Positions 1 through 10,139 are shown, counted from the stretch's first letter. The stretch: DNA of 48,635 nucleotides from Candidatus Coproplasma excrementavium (GCA_018715195.1 DVMA01000006.1:1-48635), one strand, 5' to 3'. The notes: generated by a model not told the origin, from the letters alone. Numbers and translations: made by a program.

Positions 1-55
1 TTGCACCGTTTTATGTCACTTTTTCCGCACAGCCTGCCAAAGTCAGCGAAAAAAT

Positions 56-1663
56 TTACTTGCGCTTCTTTTTATTATATTTTACCGCCGCGGCAATGAA
101 CTCGCGGAAGAGCGGGTGTGCCGACTGAGGACGGGACTTAAATTCGGGGTGGAACTGCACGCCTACATAGAAGTCGTTTGCAGGAATTTCCACAGCCTCC
201 ACGAGCAGTCCCGAAGGCGAGGTACCGGCAATCTTCATGCCTGCCGCCTCCACTTCCTTGCGGTATTCGTTGTTAAATTCGTATCTGTGGCGATGACGCT
301 CGGAAATTTCATCCTTGCCGTACGCCTTTTTCATCTCCGCGCCGAGCACCTTGCAAGGGTATGCGCCGAGACGCATAGTGCCGCCCATTTTTACTCCGTG
401 CTGGTCGGGCATGAGGTCAATGACGCAGTGCGCGCTTTCGGGGTCGAACTCGGATGAGTTGGCGTCCTTATATCCGAGCACGTCGCGGGCAAATTCGATA
501 ACCGCCGTCTGCATGCCGAGGCAGATGCCGAGGTAGGGCACGTTGTTTTCGCGCGCATACTTCGCGCAGTAAATCTTGCCCTCTATGCCGCGGTTGCCGA
601 AGCCGCCGGGCACCAGCACGCCGTCGCAGTCGCCGAGAATTTTAGCAACGTTATCTTCGGTTATGGTTTCGCTGTCCACCCACTTTATCTCCACCTTTGC
701 GGCGTTTTCATAGCCTGCATGCGCAAGCGCCTCCGCCACGGAAAGGTATGCATCGTGCAGCTGAACATACTTGCCGCAGAGCGCGATTTTTACCGTCTTG
801 TCGCGTGCGTCTATGCGTGCGAGCATCTTGTTCCACTCGGTGAGGTCAATCACTCTGGGGTCGAGCTTGAGCCTTTCGCACACTATCTTTGAAAAATTGC
901 TCTGCTCCAGCATTATGGGCGCCTGGTAGAGCACGGGAAGGGTGAGGTTTTCTATGCAGCACTCGGGCGCGACGTTGCAGAACATTGAAATTTTTGCACG
1001 TACGTCCTTGGGCATATGCGAATCCACGCGCGCAATGATTATGTCGGGCGAGATACCCATGCCCTGCAATTCCTTTACGGAGTGCTGCGTGGGCTTGGTT
1101 TTGAACTCTTCGGAGCCCGATATGTAGGGTACGAGCGTCACGTGAATGAAGCAGCAGTTATCCCTGCCCACTTCGCGCGCCACCTGACGTATAGCCTCTA
1201 TGAAGGGCTGACTTTCGATATCGCCTATCGTGCCGCCTATTTCGGTTATTACGACGTCTGCGGCGGTAGTCTTGCCCACGTTATATATGAAAGTTTTGAT
1301 TTCGTCTGTGATGTGGGGAATTACCTGGACGGTCTGGCCGAGGTATTCGCCGTTGCGCTCCTTATTGAGCACGTTCCAGTAGACCTTGCCCGTGGTAAGG
1401 TTGGAATATTTGTTGAGGTTTTCATCGATAAACCTCTCGTAGTGACCAAGGTCGAGGTCGGTTTCGGCGCCGTCGTCGGTGACGAACACCTCGCCGTGCT
1501 GATAGGGGCTCATCGTGCCGGGATCTATGTTTATGTAGGGGTCAAGCTTCTGCGAAGCCACCTTATACCCCCTGCACTTTAAAAGTCTGCCCAGTGATGC
1601 GGCCGTTATGCCCTTGCCGAGGCCGGAAACCACGCCGCCCGTTACGAAAATGTACTTTGTCAT
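56..1663 (-). CDS. pyrG: CTP synthase (glutamine-hydrolysing)
   Basis: N-terminus [19 protein letters not shown] is the canonical CTP synthase start. C-terminal class-I amidotransferase motifs are present ([15 protein letters not shown]). I moved the start from the track ORF (1708) to the ATG at 1661-1663, which is preceded by a GGGGAGAAAGG SD. Confidence 0.95.
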   Translation of the reverse strand: MTKYIFVTGGVVSGLGKGITAASLGRLLKCRGYKVASQKLDPYINIDPGTMSPYQHGEVFVTDDGAETDLDLGHYERFIDENLNKYSNLTTGKVYWNVLNKERNGEYLGQTVQVIPHITDEIKTFIYNVGKTTAADVVITEIGGTIGDIESQPFIEAIRQVAREVGRDNCCFIHVTLVPYISGSEEFKTKPTQHSVKELQGMGISPDIIIARVDSHMPKDVRAKISMFCNVAPECCIENLTLPVLYQAPIMLEQSNFSKIVCERLKLDPRVIDLTEWNKMLARIDARDKTVKIALCGKYVQLHDAYLSVAEALAHAGYENAAKVEIKWVDSETITEDNVAKILGDCDGVLVPGGFGNRGIEGKIYCAKYARENNVPYLGICLGMQTAVIEFARDVLGYKDANSSEFDPESAHCVIDLMPDQHGVKMGGTMRLGAYPCKVLGAEMKKAYGKDEISERHRHRYEFNNEYRKEVEAAGMKIAGTSPSGLLVEAVEIPANDFYVGVQFHPEFKSRPQSAHPLFREFIAAAVKYNKKKRK

Positions 1664-1722
1664 AAACCTTTCTCCCCGTCCGCGGGCTTCCTGCCTGCGC
1701 GCACGCATTGTATACTGCGTAC

Positions 1723-1751
1723 ATTATAGCACACGAACGCCGTTAAAGCAA
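1723..1751 (-). promoter_or_regulatory. Candidate SigA-type promoter of pyrG (TTGCTT-17-TGcTATAAT)
   Basis: Minus strand reads TTGCTT (1746-1751), a 17-nt spacer, then TATAAT (1723-1728) with an extended -10 TG. It lies about 60 nt upstream of the pyrG start. Confidence 0.5.
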
Positions 1752-1889
1752 ACGCAAAACGACATTATTTTTTTATTTTTGCAAGCAGAAATTACCTTCC
1801 CTTTCCCCTCCGCCCGCGCGGCGCAAAGCAATATTACCACCGTTAAATTACACAAAAATTTATGTCCACGGAAATATGCCGTCCCCGCA

Positions 1890-1907
1890 TTGTTGACGAG
1901 TCAACAA
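1890..1907. promoter_or_regulatory. 18-bp palindromic operator candidate TTGTTGAC-GA-GTCAACAA overlapping the -35
   Basis: Perfect 8-bp inverted arms (1890-1897 and 1900-1907) with a 2-nt spacer. The palindrome covers the -35 hexamer of the promoter at 1893-1921. Confidence 0.5.
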
Positions 1908-1921
1908 CCGTATGTTATAAT
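1893..1921 (+). promoter_or_regulatory. SigA-type promoter TTGACG-17-TGtTATAAT for the acyltransferase/carrier operon
   Basis: TTGACG at 1893-1898, an exact 17-nt spacer, and TATAAT at 1916-1921 preceded by TGn (extended -10). It lies 46 nt upstream of the ATG at 1968. Confidence 0.65.
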
Positions 1922-1967
1922 TAAAAATGCCGCACTTGCGGCGCTTTAAACAGAGAGGAAACAATTC

Positions 1968-3188
1968 ATGCCGAAAGAGAGTAAAAAAGAGCGCTGGACA
2001 AAGCCGAGGCACAAGGCGGTATTTGCCTTTCTGCGCGCGGTGATGACGCCGTTTTTTAAACTGAAATACAACTACCGCGCCATACCCGCACCGAAAATTG
2101 ATGGGCCCTGCCTTATACTCAACAATCACCAGGCGACGATGGACCCGTTTTTCGTGGCGGCGTCATTTAAAAGGCCGCTGTACTTCTTCGCCTCGGACGA
2201 TTTGTTCAACCTGAAAGTTTCGCCGCTGATACGCTGGCTGGTCAACCCCATACCCAAGAGCAAATCGCTCTCCGACTTAAACGCCGTGCGCACTGCGCTC
2301 AAGGTATTCCGCGAGGGCGGCGCGGTGAGCATTGCTCCCGAAGGCAACCGCACGCTGAGCGGCAGACTGTGGGAGATGAACGATTCCATAGCCAAGCTTG
2401 CCAAGCTTTCAAAGGTGCCCGTGGTAATTTACAACCTCTTCGGAGGGTACGGCACCGACCCGCGCTGGGGCGACGGCATAAGGCGGGGCACTAAGTACGA
2501 AGGGCGCGTAAAGCGCATAATATACCCCGACGAATACGCAAAAATGAGCGTGAGTCAGCTGTTTGAAGTTATAAAAAGCGAGCTTGCAGTTGACGACGCC
2601 AGTTCGGGAGAGAGATACAAAAGCCGCCGCCGCGCGGAGTACATTGAGCGGGCGCTGTACATGTGTCCCGCTTGCGGCAAAGTGGGCACGATTTACTCGC
2701 ACGGCACACGCTTTACGTGCAAAAGCTGCGGCGTTTCTGCCGAATATACCGAAGATTTGCGCATATCCCCGCCCGTATGCGGATATGAGCGCATATACGA
2801 CTGGTACGAATGGGAGCGCGGCGAGATTGCCGAAAAGGTGCAGGACGGACTGAAAGTTGAAGACGACGGCATACTCTTCCGCGAGAGCGTGAAATTCAGA
2901 AAAAAGGTTGACCTTGGCGGAAGAGCCGTGAGCATTGACAGGGACAACCTGTACATAACTGGCGAAAAAAAATATGTGTATGCGCTGAAAGACATAATTT
3001 CCGTGACGGCCGTAGGCAAGAGAAAACTTAACTTTTACTGCGGCGGAAAGACGTTGCAGATAAAGGGCGGGCCGAGGTTCTGCGCGGTAAAGTACGTGCA
3101 CATATTCGACGGGCTGAAGGCCATTGAAAACGAAGGCGGGCAAGAAGCAACGCCCGCAAAAGATGCTGATTCGGAGGACAAAGAATGA
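1968..3188 (+). CDS. Lysophospholipid (1-acyl-sn-glycerol-3-phosphate type) acyltransferase with C-terminal zinc-ribbon domain
   Basis: PlsC-family HX4D box NHQATMD and the IAPEGNRT block are present. The C-terminal half carries CPACGKVGTIYSHGTRFTCKSCG. SD is GAGAGGAAA upstream. Confidence 0.8.
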   Translation: MPKESKKERWTKPRHKAVFAFLRAVMTPFFKLKYNYRAIPAPKIDGPCLILNNHQATMDPFFVAASFKRPLYFFASDDLFNLKVSPLIRWLVNPIPKSKSLSDLNAVRTALKVFREGGAVSIAPEGNRTLSGRLWEMNDSIAKLAKLSKVPVVIYNLFGGYGTDPRWGDGIRRGTKYEGRVKRIIYPDEYAKMSVSQLFEVIKSELAVDDASSGERYKSRRRAEYIERALYMCPACGKVGTIYSHGTRFTCKSCGVSAEYTEDLRISPPVCGYERIYDWYEWERGEIAEKVQDGLKVEDDGILFRESVKFRKKVDLGGRAVSIDRDNLYITGEKKYVYALKDIISVTAVGKRKLNFYCGGKTLQIKGGPRFCAVKYVHIFDGLKAIENEGGQEATPAKDADSEDKE

Positions 3189-4732
3189 GCTTTTCTGAAC
3201 TGAGCGTGTGGACGTTTATAATGGTATTTGCCACACTGCTTGCGGGAATGTTGGTTGCCGCCGCGCTGAAAAGGTTTATACCCTTTCTGCAAAAGACGCT
3301 TATACCCGTTTCCGTGCTGGGCGGCATACTGCTGCTTATAATTTCCACCATTGTATACTTTACCGCGGGCGACTATCTGTTCAACATGCCCGCCTACGGC
3401 GACGGAAGCGACGGGCCTTCGGGCATGCAGATGCTGGAGATGATAACCTACCACTGCCTGGGCATAGGTTTCATAGCCTCGGGCATGCGCAATTCCAAGA
3501 AAAAGTTCAACAAAAAGCGCGCGGGCGAGATATTCGATTCGGGCGTGACAACCGTCAACGGCTACCTGATTCAGGCCTTCGGCGGACTGATTATAACGAT
3601 AATTGCGGCGTGGGCGATAGGTTCTGAAGGACTTATTTCCGCCGCGGGCATTCTGCTTGCGTTCGGCTTCGGCCAGGGCACGGGACAGGCGCTCAACTAC
3701 GGAAAGATTTACGAAAACGAACACGGCTTTGCAGGCGGAGGCAACTTCGGCCTTACGATAGCCGCCGCAGGCTTTCTGGTGGCGTGCATAGGCGGCGTTA
3801 TATACATAAACGTAATGCGACGCAAGGGGCTTATTAAAATTGATACCACCCAGAAGCGCGCAACGCTTGCAGACTACGAGGACGAAAACGAGCTGCCCGC
3901 CGTGTCCTCCATAGACAAAATGACCGTTCAGTTTGCCATAGTGCTGGGTGTTTACGCCATATCGTTCGGCATAATGTACGGACTCTCCGCCCTCATTCCC
4001 TCGCTTGCGGACACGCTATTCGGGTTTAACTTTTTAATCGGCGTACTGCTTACCATACCCGCAAAGGCCATACTCAACAAGCTGTATAAAAAGGGCGTGA
4101 TAAAAAAGCAGGTAGTAAACAACTATATGATGGACCGCATAAGCGGACTTGCATTCGATATGATGATAGTTGCAGGCGTTGCCGCCATTCAGCTGCCACT
4201 GCTTGCCGAATACTGGCTGGTACTTCTTCTGCTTGCAATATACGGCACCGTTGCCACGTTCATATACGTGAACTTTGTGAGCAAGAGGCTCTTCGGACAA
4301 TACAGACACGAACAGTTCCTGGCATTCTTCGGCATGCTGACTGGCACGGCCAGCACGGGCATGATACTGCTGCGCGAAATTGACGGCAGTTACCGCACCC
4401 CCGCCAGCGAAAACCTGGTATACCAGAGTCTGCCCGCAATAGTGTTCGGCTTTCCGCTGATGTTCCTTGCGCCATATGCCGCAACCAGCAACCTGGCCGC
4501 CCTCATCACCTGCATAGTGGTCGGCGCGGCGTTCGTGGTGCTCAACATTGTACTCTTCCGCCGCTCGGTGTTCAGAAAGGCGTATGCAAAATATGCCGCA
4601 AAGCGCGCAGACGCGTCCCAGTCTGACGGCTGCGATGGCAGCCCTCAGAACGATACGGAAAATTGTTTAGAAAGCGCAGTCCTTTCAGACTGCTCGCAGA
4701 GCGCCGACATTGAGGACGATACACGGCAGTAA
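3185..4732 (+). CDS. GltS-like (sodium/glutamate symporter family) polytopic membrane carrier
   Basis: N-terminal FIPFLQKTLIPVSVLGGILLL resembles the E. coli GltS block FLKKYTIPEPVAGGLLV. GFGQGTGQA resembles the GltS block SGGHGTGAA. There are many TM segments. The start ATG overlaps the upstream stop (ATGA) and has a GGAGGA SD 6 nt upstream. Confidence 0.6.
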   Translation: MSFSELSVWTFIMVFATLLAGMLVAAALKRFIPFLQKTLIPVSVLGGILLLIISTIVYFTAGDYLFNMPAYGDGSDGPSGMQMLEMITYHCLGIGFIASGMRNSKKKFNKKRAGEIFDSGVTTVNGYLIQAFGGLIITIIAAWAIGSEGLISAAGILLAFGFGQGTGQALNYGKIYENEHGFAGGGNFGLTIAAAGFLVACIGGVIYINVMRRKGLIKIDTTQKRATLADYEDENELPAVSSIDKMTVQFAIVLGVYAISFGIMYGLSALIPSLADTLFGFNFLIGVLLTIPAKAILNKLYKKGVIKKQVVNNYMMDRISGLAFDMMIVAGVAAIQLPLLAEYWLVLLLLAIYGTVATFIYVNFVSKRLFGQYRHEQFLAFFGMLTGTASTGMILLREIDGSYRTPASENLVYQSLPAIVFGFPLMFLAPYAATSNLAALITCIVVGAAFVVLNIVLFRRSVFRKAYAKYAAKRADASQSDGCDGSPQNDTENCLESAVLSDCSQSADIEDDTRQ

Positions 4733-4875
4733 TTGCGGCATATATGCGGGTCAACCGAAAATTTTATATACCGCACGCGCACATAACGGCACCCGCGCGC
4801 CAAGGCAACGCGGAGCAGACCGCAAGGCATATTACCGCACCAACCAATAGGACACACCTCAATTGCTTATAACAT

Positions 4876-4922
4876 AAAATACTGCGCCCGCCGCGGATTT
4901 TCCGCGGCGGGCGCAGTATTTT
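4876..4922. terminator. Bidirectional intrinsic terminator between convergent genes
   Basis: Perfect 22-bp stem (4876-4897 pairs with 4901-4922) around a TTT loop. The GC-rich core ACTGCGCCCGCCGCGG is flanked by an A-tract on the 5' side and a T-tract on the 3' side. Confidence 0.85.
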
Positions 4923-5027
4923 CAGCCGAAAAAACTTTCAGCCATCGATTTGAATTTAAGAGAAAACGCATATCAATGCGCAGGCACGCAATCGGTATGC
5001 AAGCCGCGCAAAATCAGAGGCGGAAAA

Positions 5028-5867
5028 TCAGATTTCAACCTCGCCGGTGAATACAAGCGTTGCCGCACCCTCCATATACACCGTTTCGTCCGTGTATGTG
5101 ATGCGCAGTTCGCCGCCCGTGAGCAGTACGGAAATTTCCGTATTCATATCGCAGTAACCGTTGAGCACCGCCGCAACTGCCGAGGCGCACGCTCCCGTGC
5201 CGCAGGCAAGCGTTTCGCCGCTGCCGCGCTCCCATACGCGCATTCTGAGCTTGTTGCGCGCAATGACCCTTATGAATTCGGTATTCACGCGCTCGGGGAA
5301 TACGGGCAGATTTTCAAAGAGCGGGCCGTAGTGCTCCACTCCTATTCTGTCGGGGTCCTCGAACACGACGCAGTGGGGATTGCCCATTGAAACGAGCGTT
5401 GCGCCGAACGTGCGGCCATCCACTTCCAGGGGCACGTTGACGATTTTTTCGCCCGAAAGCGTGCTGGGAATGTCCTCGCCGCGCAGTACGGGCGCGCCCA
5501 TATCCACCCTGGCGGAAACCACCGTGCCGTCCGCGCCTATGCCGAGCGACAACGTCTTTATGCCTGAGAGCGTTTCAACGGTTAAGCTGTCGCCCGAAAC
5601 GTAGCCCAAATCGTGCGCAAGTTTGCCCACGCAGCGTATGCCGTTGCCGCACATTTTTCCTTCCGAGCCGTCCAGATTGAACATGCGCATGCGGCAGTCA
5701 GCCACATCGGAAGGGCACAGCAGTATGATGCCGTCGCCGCCTATGCCGAAGTGTCTGTCTGAAAGTCTGATTGCCAGTTCAGAGGGGTTTTCTATGGGTT
5801 CCTGCATGCAGTCAAAGTAGATGTAGTCGTTGCCGATACCCTGCATTTTATAAAATCTTCTGAGCAT
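5028..5867 (-). CDS. dapF: Diaminopimelate epimerase
   Basis: FYKMQGIGNDYIYFD N-terminus and the two catalytic Cys motifs CGNGIRC and ACGTGACA. Length is 279 aa. Confidence 0.93.
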   Translation of the reverse strand: MLRRFYKMQGIGNDYIYFDCMQEPIENPSELAIRLSDRHFGIGGDGIILLCPSDVADCRMRMFNLDGSEGKMCGNGIRCVGKLAHDLGYVSGDSLTVETLSGIKTLSLGIGADGTVVSARVDMGAPVLRGEDIPSTLSGEKIVNVPLEVDGRTFGATLVSMGNPHCVVFEDPDRIGVEHYGPLFENLPVFPERVNTEFIRVIARNKLRMRVWERGSGETLACGTGACASAVAAVLNGYCDMNTEISVLLTGGELRITYTDETVYMEGAATLVFTGEVEI

Positions 5868-6025
5868 AATATTTCCGCCTTTTTAATTCAAGCGCCGCGC
5901 GCGGTATTATCCCGTGCGCGGCGCAACATATTTTACATAAATTTTTTAATTGCCCCGCATATATGCCGCAACTATTATACTTTTGCGCGGACATATTCAT
6001 GCCAAATCACGCCGTCTGAAAAGCC

Positions 6026-6754
6026 TTAGTTGTTGGTGTACATCTGCTTGTAGGGGTTATCCGAATTGGGCGTGAGCACATAGAAGTTGTGCGCAAGGAG
6101 CTGTTCCGCGTTGTATTCGGGGAAGAAGTTGCACCAGTCGCGCACCAGCTCGCTCAGTTCGGGGATATCTGCGCCCCACTTGCGCTGGGACGCCACCTGC
6201 GCGGGGAGCGAACGGGGAAGGCTGTCGCATCTTAAATAGATAACTCCGCCGTGCATACCGGTGCCGCAGAAGTTATTTATTATGGGCAGTCCGTCCTTAT
6301 TCTGACCGAGCACGACTATGACGCCGCCCGCCTGGTATTCGCCGAGGAAGGAGCCCGCTCTGCCGCCGACCACTATCACGGGGCGGAAGTCCATGTACGC
6401 CTTCATATGAATGCCCGCGCGGTAACCTATGTTGTCGCGGATATAGATTTTGCCGCCGCGCATTGCATAGCCTGTGGCGTCGCCCGCGCTGCCGTATACA
6501 ATTATCTTGCCGCTGTTCATAGTGTCGCCCGTGGCCTCCTGCACGTTGCCGTGCACGATGACCTCGCAGCCGTTCATATATGCGCCGAGCGCGTTGCCGG
6601 GCACGCCGTTTATGACTATGCGCTTGCCCTCAAGCCCGTCGGCTATGTAGCGCTGACCCACTACGCCGTTTATCGTTATATCGGTATCCTTGCTTTCACG
6701 AATTATTCTGTTGAGAGCCTGAAAGTGGACGTTTTCGTCTACGCTGATTTCCAT
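6026..6754 (-). CDS. Glutamate synthase GXGXG (GltB domain 3-like) subunit
   Basis: Repeated GXGXG beta-helix pattern (VHGNVQEATGDTMNSGKIIVYGSAGDATGYAMRGGKIYIRDNIGYRAG). Start set at MEISVDEN (ATG 6752-6754) behind a GGGAG SD. The track ORF extends to 6868 without support. Confidence 0.85.
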   Translation of the reverse strand: MEISVDENVHFQALNRIIRESKDTDITINGVVGQRYIADGLEGKRIVINGVPGNALGAYMNGCEVIVHGNVQEATGDTMNSGKIIVYGSAGDATGYAMRGGKIYIRDNIGYRAGIHMKAYMDFRPVIVVGGRAGSFLGEYQAGGVIVVLGQNKDGLPIINNFCGTGMHGGVIYLRCDSLPRSLPAQVASQRKWGADIPELSELVRDWCNFFPEYNAEQLLAHNFYVLTPNSDNPYKQMYTNN

Positions 6755-6877
6755 TGAACACTCCCTTCCGCCACATACGCAAAATATGCGCCACGGGGCG
6801 GTATTTTTATTCAGGCGGTACTTTAGCGCACGCGTTGCGCTCTGCCGCGGAAAAATTGCGTGCGGCACGCCGCCTTA

Positions 6878-8116
6878 TTACACTCTGCGTGCAAGTTTCT
6901 GTTTGCGCGCATCCTTGCTGAACGCAAGCAGCTGGGGCTCCTTACTGAGAAGCTCGAAATCGACCTCCGAAAGCGGAGTCTTTGCGCGGATGAGCGAGGT
7001 GTATATGCCTGCGCGCAGGAATTTATTTATGAGTATAAAGCCGACAAGACAGCCGTCTTTTATAAACAGTTTTTTGTAGTAATTGTCGCCGATGTCGGAT
7101 ATGACTTCGCCCTCGTACACGCCCGCGGTGAGCACGTGCGTATCGAAAAAGCCTATGGCGTTCATGGGAATGGCGTCGTCGTGCAGAGCCATGCCGCCCG
7201 CCATATTCACGCCCGCAACGCTGCCCTGGAAGTATGCGTTGGGCAGAAGCGCAAGCACGCGGTCGGAGCCTATGGAACTGTCGTAGCCCTCCGCGCAGTC
7301 GCCTGCGGCAAACACGCTTTCAAGGCTTGTATGCATACCCTTATCCACAACTATGCCGCGGTTGACGTTGCCGCCCGCCTCTCTTACGAGTTCGGTATTG
7401 GCGCGCACGCCTACGGCCACGACGAGGATATCGAAAGCTATCTTCTTTTTGCTGTTTTTGAGGTATGCAACGTTCTTTTCAAACTTTTCAGCGCTGTCGC
7501 CGAGCACAAACTTGACGCCGTGCTCCTCAAGGCCGCGCTGTACCATTGCGGCGCCCTCCTTATCGAGCACCGAGGGCATAATTCTGTCCGCCATATCCAC
7601 GACGGTTATGCTCTTTACTCTGTCGAGTATGCCCTCCACGCACTTGAGGCCGATAAGACCCGCGCCGATGACCAGCACCTTCTTTTCGGGCGAGAGAGCC
7701 TTTTCAAGGGCGAGCATATCGTCCATGGTCATGAACGAATACTTGCTCTCCACTTCCTCAATGCCCTGCATGGGAGGCACGAACGGACGGGAACCCGTTG
7801 CGACCAGCAGTTTATCGTATGCTATCGTTTCGCCGCCGTCCAGGGTGACAGTCCTGCCCTGCGCGTCAATCTTTTCGGCGCGGCGGGAATAGAGTACCTT
7901 TACGCCGTTCTTTTCGTAGAAGTCGGCGGGACGGTAGTTCATGTTTTCGCGTTTTACTCTGCCGAGAAGGCAGTAGGATATGAGCGGCCTGCCGTATACG
8001 GGATACTTTTCGGCGGAAATTACAGTAATTTCGCCCTTTTTATCGACACTGCGTATGCCCTCTATGCAGGCGACGGAAGCTATGGAATTACCAATCAGAA
8101 CGTATTTCATACTCAT
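6878..8116 (-). CDS. FAD/NAD(P)-dependent pyridine nucleotide-disulfide-type oxidoreductase (electron-input subunit of the split glutamate synthase)
   Basis: Two dinucleotide folds are present: KYVLIGNSIASV and KKVLVIGAGLIGLKCVEG. The ATG overlaps the upstream stop (ATGA). The second ATG at 8110 has better SD spacing. Confidence 0.8.
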   Translation of the reverse strand: MSMKYVLIGNSIASVACIEGIRSVDKKGEITVISAEKYPVYGRPLISYCLLGRVKRENMNYRPADFYEKNGVKVLYSRRAEKIDAQGRTVTLDGGETIAYDKLLVATGSRPFVPPMQGIEEVESKYSFMTMDDMLALEKALSPEKKVLVIGAGLIGLKCVEGILDRVKSITVVDMADRIMPSVLDKEGAAMVQRGLEEHGVKFVLGDSAEKFEKNVAYLKNSKKKIAFDILVVAVGVRANTELVREAGGNVNRGIVVDKGMHTSLESVFAAGDCAEGYDSSIGSDRVLALLPNAYFQGSVAGVNMAGGMALHDDAIPMNAIGFFDTHVLTAGVYEGEVISDIGDNYYKKLFIKDGCLVGFILINKFLRAGIYTSLIRAKTPLSEVDFELLSKEPQLLAFSKDARKQKLARRV

Positions 8117-8556
8117 CTTTCCTCGTACACAATGGCGTTATTGGGGCAGTTTTTAACGCAGTTCGGGTCGCCGAACCCGTTATCCGTGCAGAGCGCGCAT
8201 TTCTGGGCGGCCTTGCCGTCGGGCGCGGGCATTATCGCGCCGAACGGGCAGACGAGCACGCAGGTATAGCAGCCTACGCATTTGTTTTTGTCTATGCGGA
8301 CAACTCCGCCCTCATCCTTTGAAAGGGCGCCCGCTATGCAGCTTTTGACGCATATAGCATCGGTGCAGTGGCGGCAGTTGACGGCAAAATGAATGGCGTT
8401 GCCGTCCTCACCCTCCACCTTTATGCGGGGTATGAACTGATTGAGCCTGCCTTTGAGTTTGAACATTGCGTCCAGACCCGAATTTGCGTACATACACTCG
8501 TACTCGCAAAGGTGACAGCCCAGGCACCATTCTTCGTTCACGTAAATTCTTTTCAT
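8113..8556 (-). CDS. 4Fe-4S dicluster ferredoxin-domain protein
   Basis: Four Cys clusters: CLGCHLCEYEC, CRHCTDAICVKSC, CVGCYTCVLVCP, CALCTDN..NCVKNCP. Start set at ATG MKRIYV. The track start is a GTG two codons upstream. Confidence 0.8.
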   Translation of the reverse strand: MKRIYVNEEWCLGCHLCEYECMYANSGLDAMFKLKGRLNQFIPRIKVEGEDGNAIHFAVNCRHCTDAICVKSCIAGALSKDEGGVVRIDKNKCVGCYTCVLVCPFGAIMPAPDGKAAQKCALCTDNGFGDPNCVKNCPNNAIVYEER

Positions 8557-8612
8557 AAACACCCCCGTTAGTGCGCATATATGCGCCGTTCATTGCGCGG
8601 TGTCGCCGCGCA

Positions 8613-9893
8613 TCAGTACATCTTTATGCAGGATTCGCGCTCGGCGCCGACCGATACGTAGCGTATGCGGCATTCGCAGAGCTTTTCAAGCAGTTTTATG
8701 TAGTCAAGCGCCTCTTTGGGCAGGTCTTCGGGTTTTCTGCAACCCGTTATGTCGCAGTGCCAGCCCTTTACCTTTTCAAATACGGGCTTGCAGAAGTCAA
8801 GCACGTCCGTGAAGGGGAACTCGTCGATGCGCTTGCCGTCGAGTTCGTAGTGCGTGCAGAGTTCAATCTCTTCGTAGTCGTCTAATACGTCCAGCTTGGT
8901 GAGCGCAATTTCGTCCGCGCCTTGGCAGCGTATGCCGTAGCGGGAGGCAACCACGTCGAAGGGGCCTACTCTTCTGGGTCTGCCCGTAGCCGCGCCGTAC
9001 TCGCCGCCGAGTTCGCGCAGCCTTTCAGCCTTCTCGCCGAAGTATTCGCAGGTGAAGGGGCCTGCGCCTACGCAGCTGGAATATGCCTTCATTATGCCTA
9101 TGGACTTATCCAGCTTGAGATTGGGCACGCCCGCGCCTATGGGTGCGTATGCGGCAATCGTGGACGAGCTGGAAGTATAGGGAACTATGCCGTAATCTAT
9201 GTCGCGGAGTGCGCCGAGCTGAGCTTCGAACATTATGTTCTTGCCCGCCTTGTGCGCCTCGTTGAGGAACACGCCCGTATCGGTGATGAACTCTTTGAGA
9301 GGTTCGCCGTAGGTGGTGAGGTAGTCTATCATATCCTCAACCTTGACGGGGTCGTAGCCGTATGCGCCGACGGTGAGGTTCTTCCACGCTACGATATCGG
9401 GAAGGCGCTTGAACATGAGCTTGGTGTTTAAAAGTTCGCCCATGCGGAAGGCCTTTTTCATATACTTATCGGCATATATGGGAGCTATGCCGCGGCGGGT
9501 GGAGCCGTAGGGCTTGCCTGTGGCCTTGGAGAGTCTGTCCTCCTCCATTATGTCCTGCAGAACGTTGTAGGGCATTGTTATGACGGCCTTGTCGCTTATT
9601 TTGAGGTTTTCGGGAGTGATTTTGATGCCCGCGTTCCTCAGATTTTCGATTTCGCCGCAAAGATGTTTGATGTCGATTACCATGCCGCAGCCGAGAACGT
9701 TGACAACGTCGTCGCGCAGAATGCCCGAAGGAAGCAGGTTGAGTATGAACTTGCCCTTTTCGTTGATTACGGTGTGACCGGCATTATTGCCACCCTGATA
9801 GCGGCATACGATGTCGAAATCGCGCGAAAGCAGGTCAACCATTCTGCCCTTGCCTTCATCGCCCCAGTTGATACCACAGATACTTGTCAACAT
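8613..9893 (-). CDS. purA: Adenylosuccinate synthase
   Basis: NWGDEGKGRMVD P-loop, GGNNAGHTV and STRRGIAP motifs. Length is 426 aa. Confidence 0.93.
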   Translation of the reverse strand: MLTSICGINWGDEGKGRMVDLLSRDFDIVCRYQGGNNAGHTVINEKGKFILNLLPSGILRDDVVNVLGCGMVIDIKHLCGEIENLRNAGIKITPENLKISDKAVITMPYNVLQDIMEEDRLSKATGKPYGSTRRGIAPIYADKYMKKAFRMGELLNTKLMFKRLPDIVAWKNLTVGAYGYDPVKVEDMIDYLTTYGEPLKEFITDTGVFLNEAHKAGKNIMFEAQLGALRDIDYGIVPYTSSSSTIAAYAPIGAGVPNLKLDKSIGIMKAYSSCVGAGPFTCEYFGEKAERLRELGGEYGAATGRPRRVGPFDVVASRYGIRCQGADEIALTKLDVLDDYEEIELCTHYELDGKRIDEFPFTDVLDFCKPVFEKVKGWHCDITGCRKPEDLPKEALDYIKLLEKLCECRIRYVSVGAERESCIKMY

Positions 9894-10060
9894 AATAAAG
9901 ATACCCTCTTGAAAAATATATTCGCCCCAGCTCTCTTAAGGGCGCGCCGCGCTTGGCGGCGTTCGTTTTAATTTTAACAGATTGAGGCGGCAATATGCCG
10001 CATTTATTGCAAATTTTTTAGACTTTTTCCGCAGCGAAAAACAGAATAACATTCTGAAAA

Positions 10061-10069
10061 ATTATATCA
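10061..10069 (-). promoter_or_regulatory. Extended -10 element TGATATAAT upstream of purA
   Basis: Minus strand reads CTGATATAAT about 170 nt upstream of the purA ATG. There is no good -35, but a TGn extended -10 can compensate. Confidence 0.4.
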
Positions 10070-10139
10070 GAATGCGCAGCTTAACGGCTGCATTTTTTGC
10101 CGCCGCGCCGCAGAAAAAGCGCAATGTCCCGCAAAAAAT

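Noticed and set aside
1664-1708. N-terminally extended versions of track ORFs (pyrG to 1708, GXGXG to 6868, aroA to 21906, giant protein to 30609, SpoIVA-like to 40424, MarR from 33949)
   Set aside because: In each case an internal ATG restores the canonical family N-terminus, or at least is preceded by a proper GGAGG-type SD at 5-9 nt. The extension has no SD and runs into promoter or hairpin sequence.
6860-8269. Long shadow ORFs antisense to well-supported genes (6860-8269+, 10800-11684+, 15588-16601+, 23792-24412+, 31088-32089-, 40484-41812+, 32083-32685-)
   Set aside because: Each lies fully inside and opposite a CDS with clear family motifs. Their products are compositionally odd (A/G/R/V/H-rich), have no SD and no recognisable motifs. 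This is typical of GC-rich coding DNA.
10036-10060. Attenuator hairpin CAGAAT-GTT-ATTCTG plus T5, or a purine riboswitch, in the purA leader
   Set aside because: The hairpin starts only a few nt after the TGATATAAT -10, so the transcript would begin inside it. The stem is 6 AT-rich bp. The rest of the leader has no resemblance to the purine-riboswitch core. The AAAACGAAC word is only a partial PurBox match.
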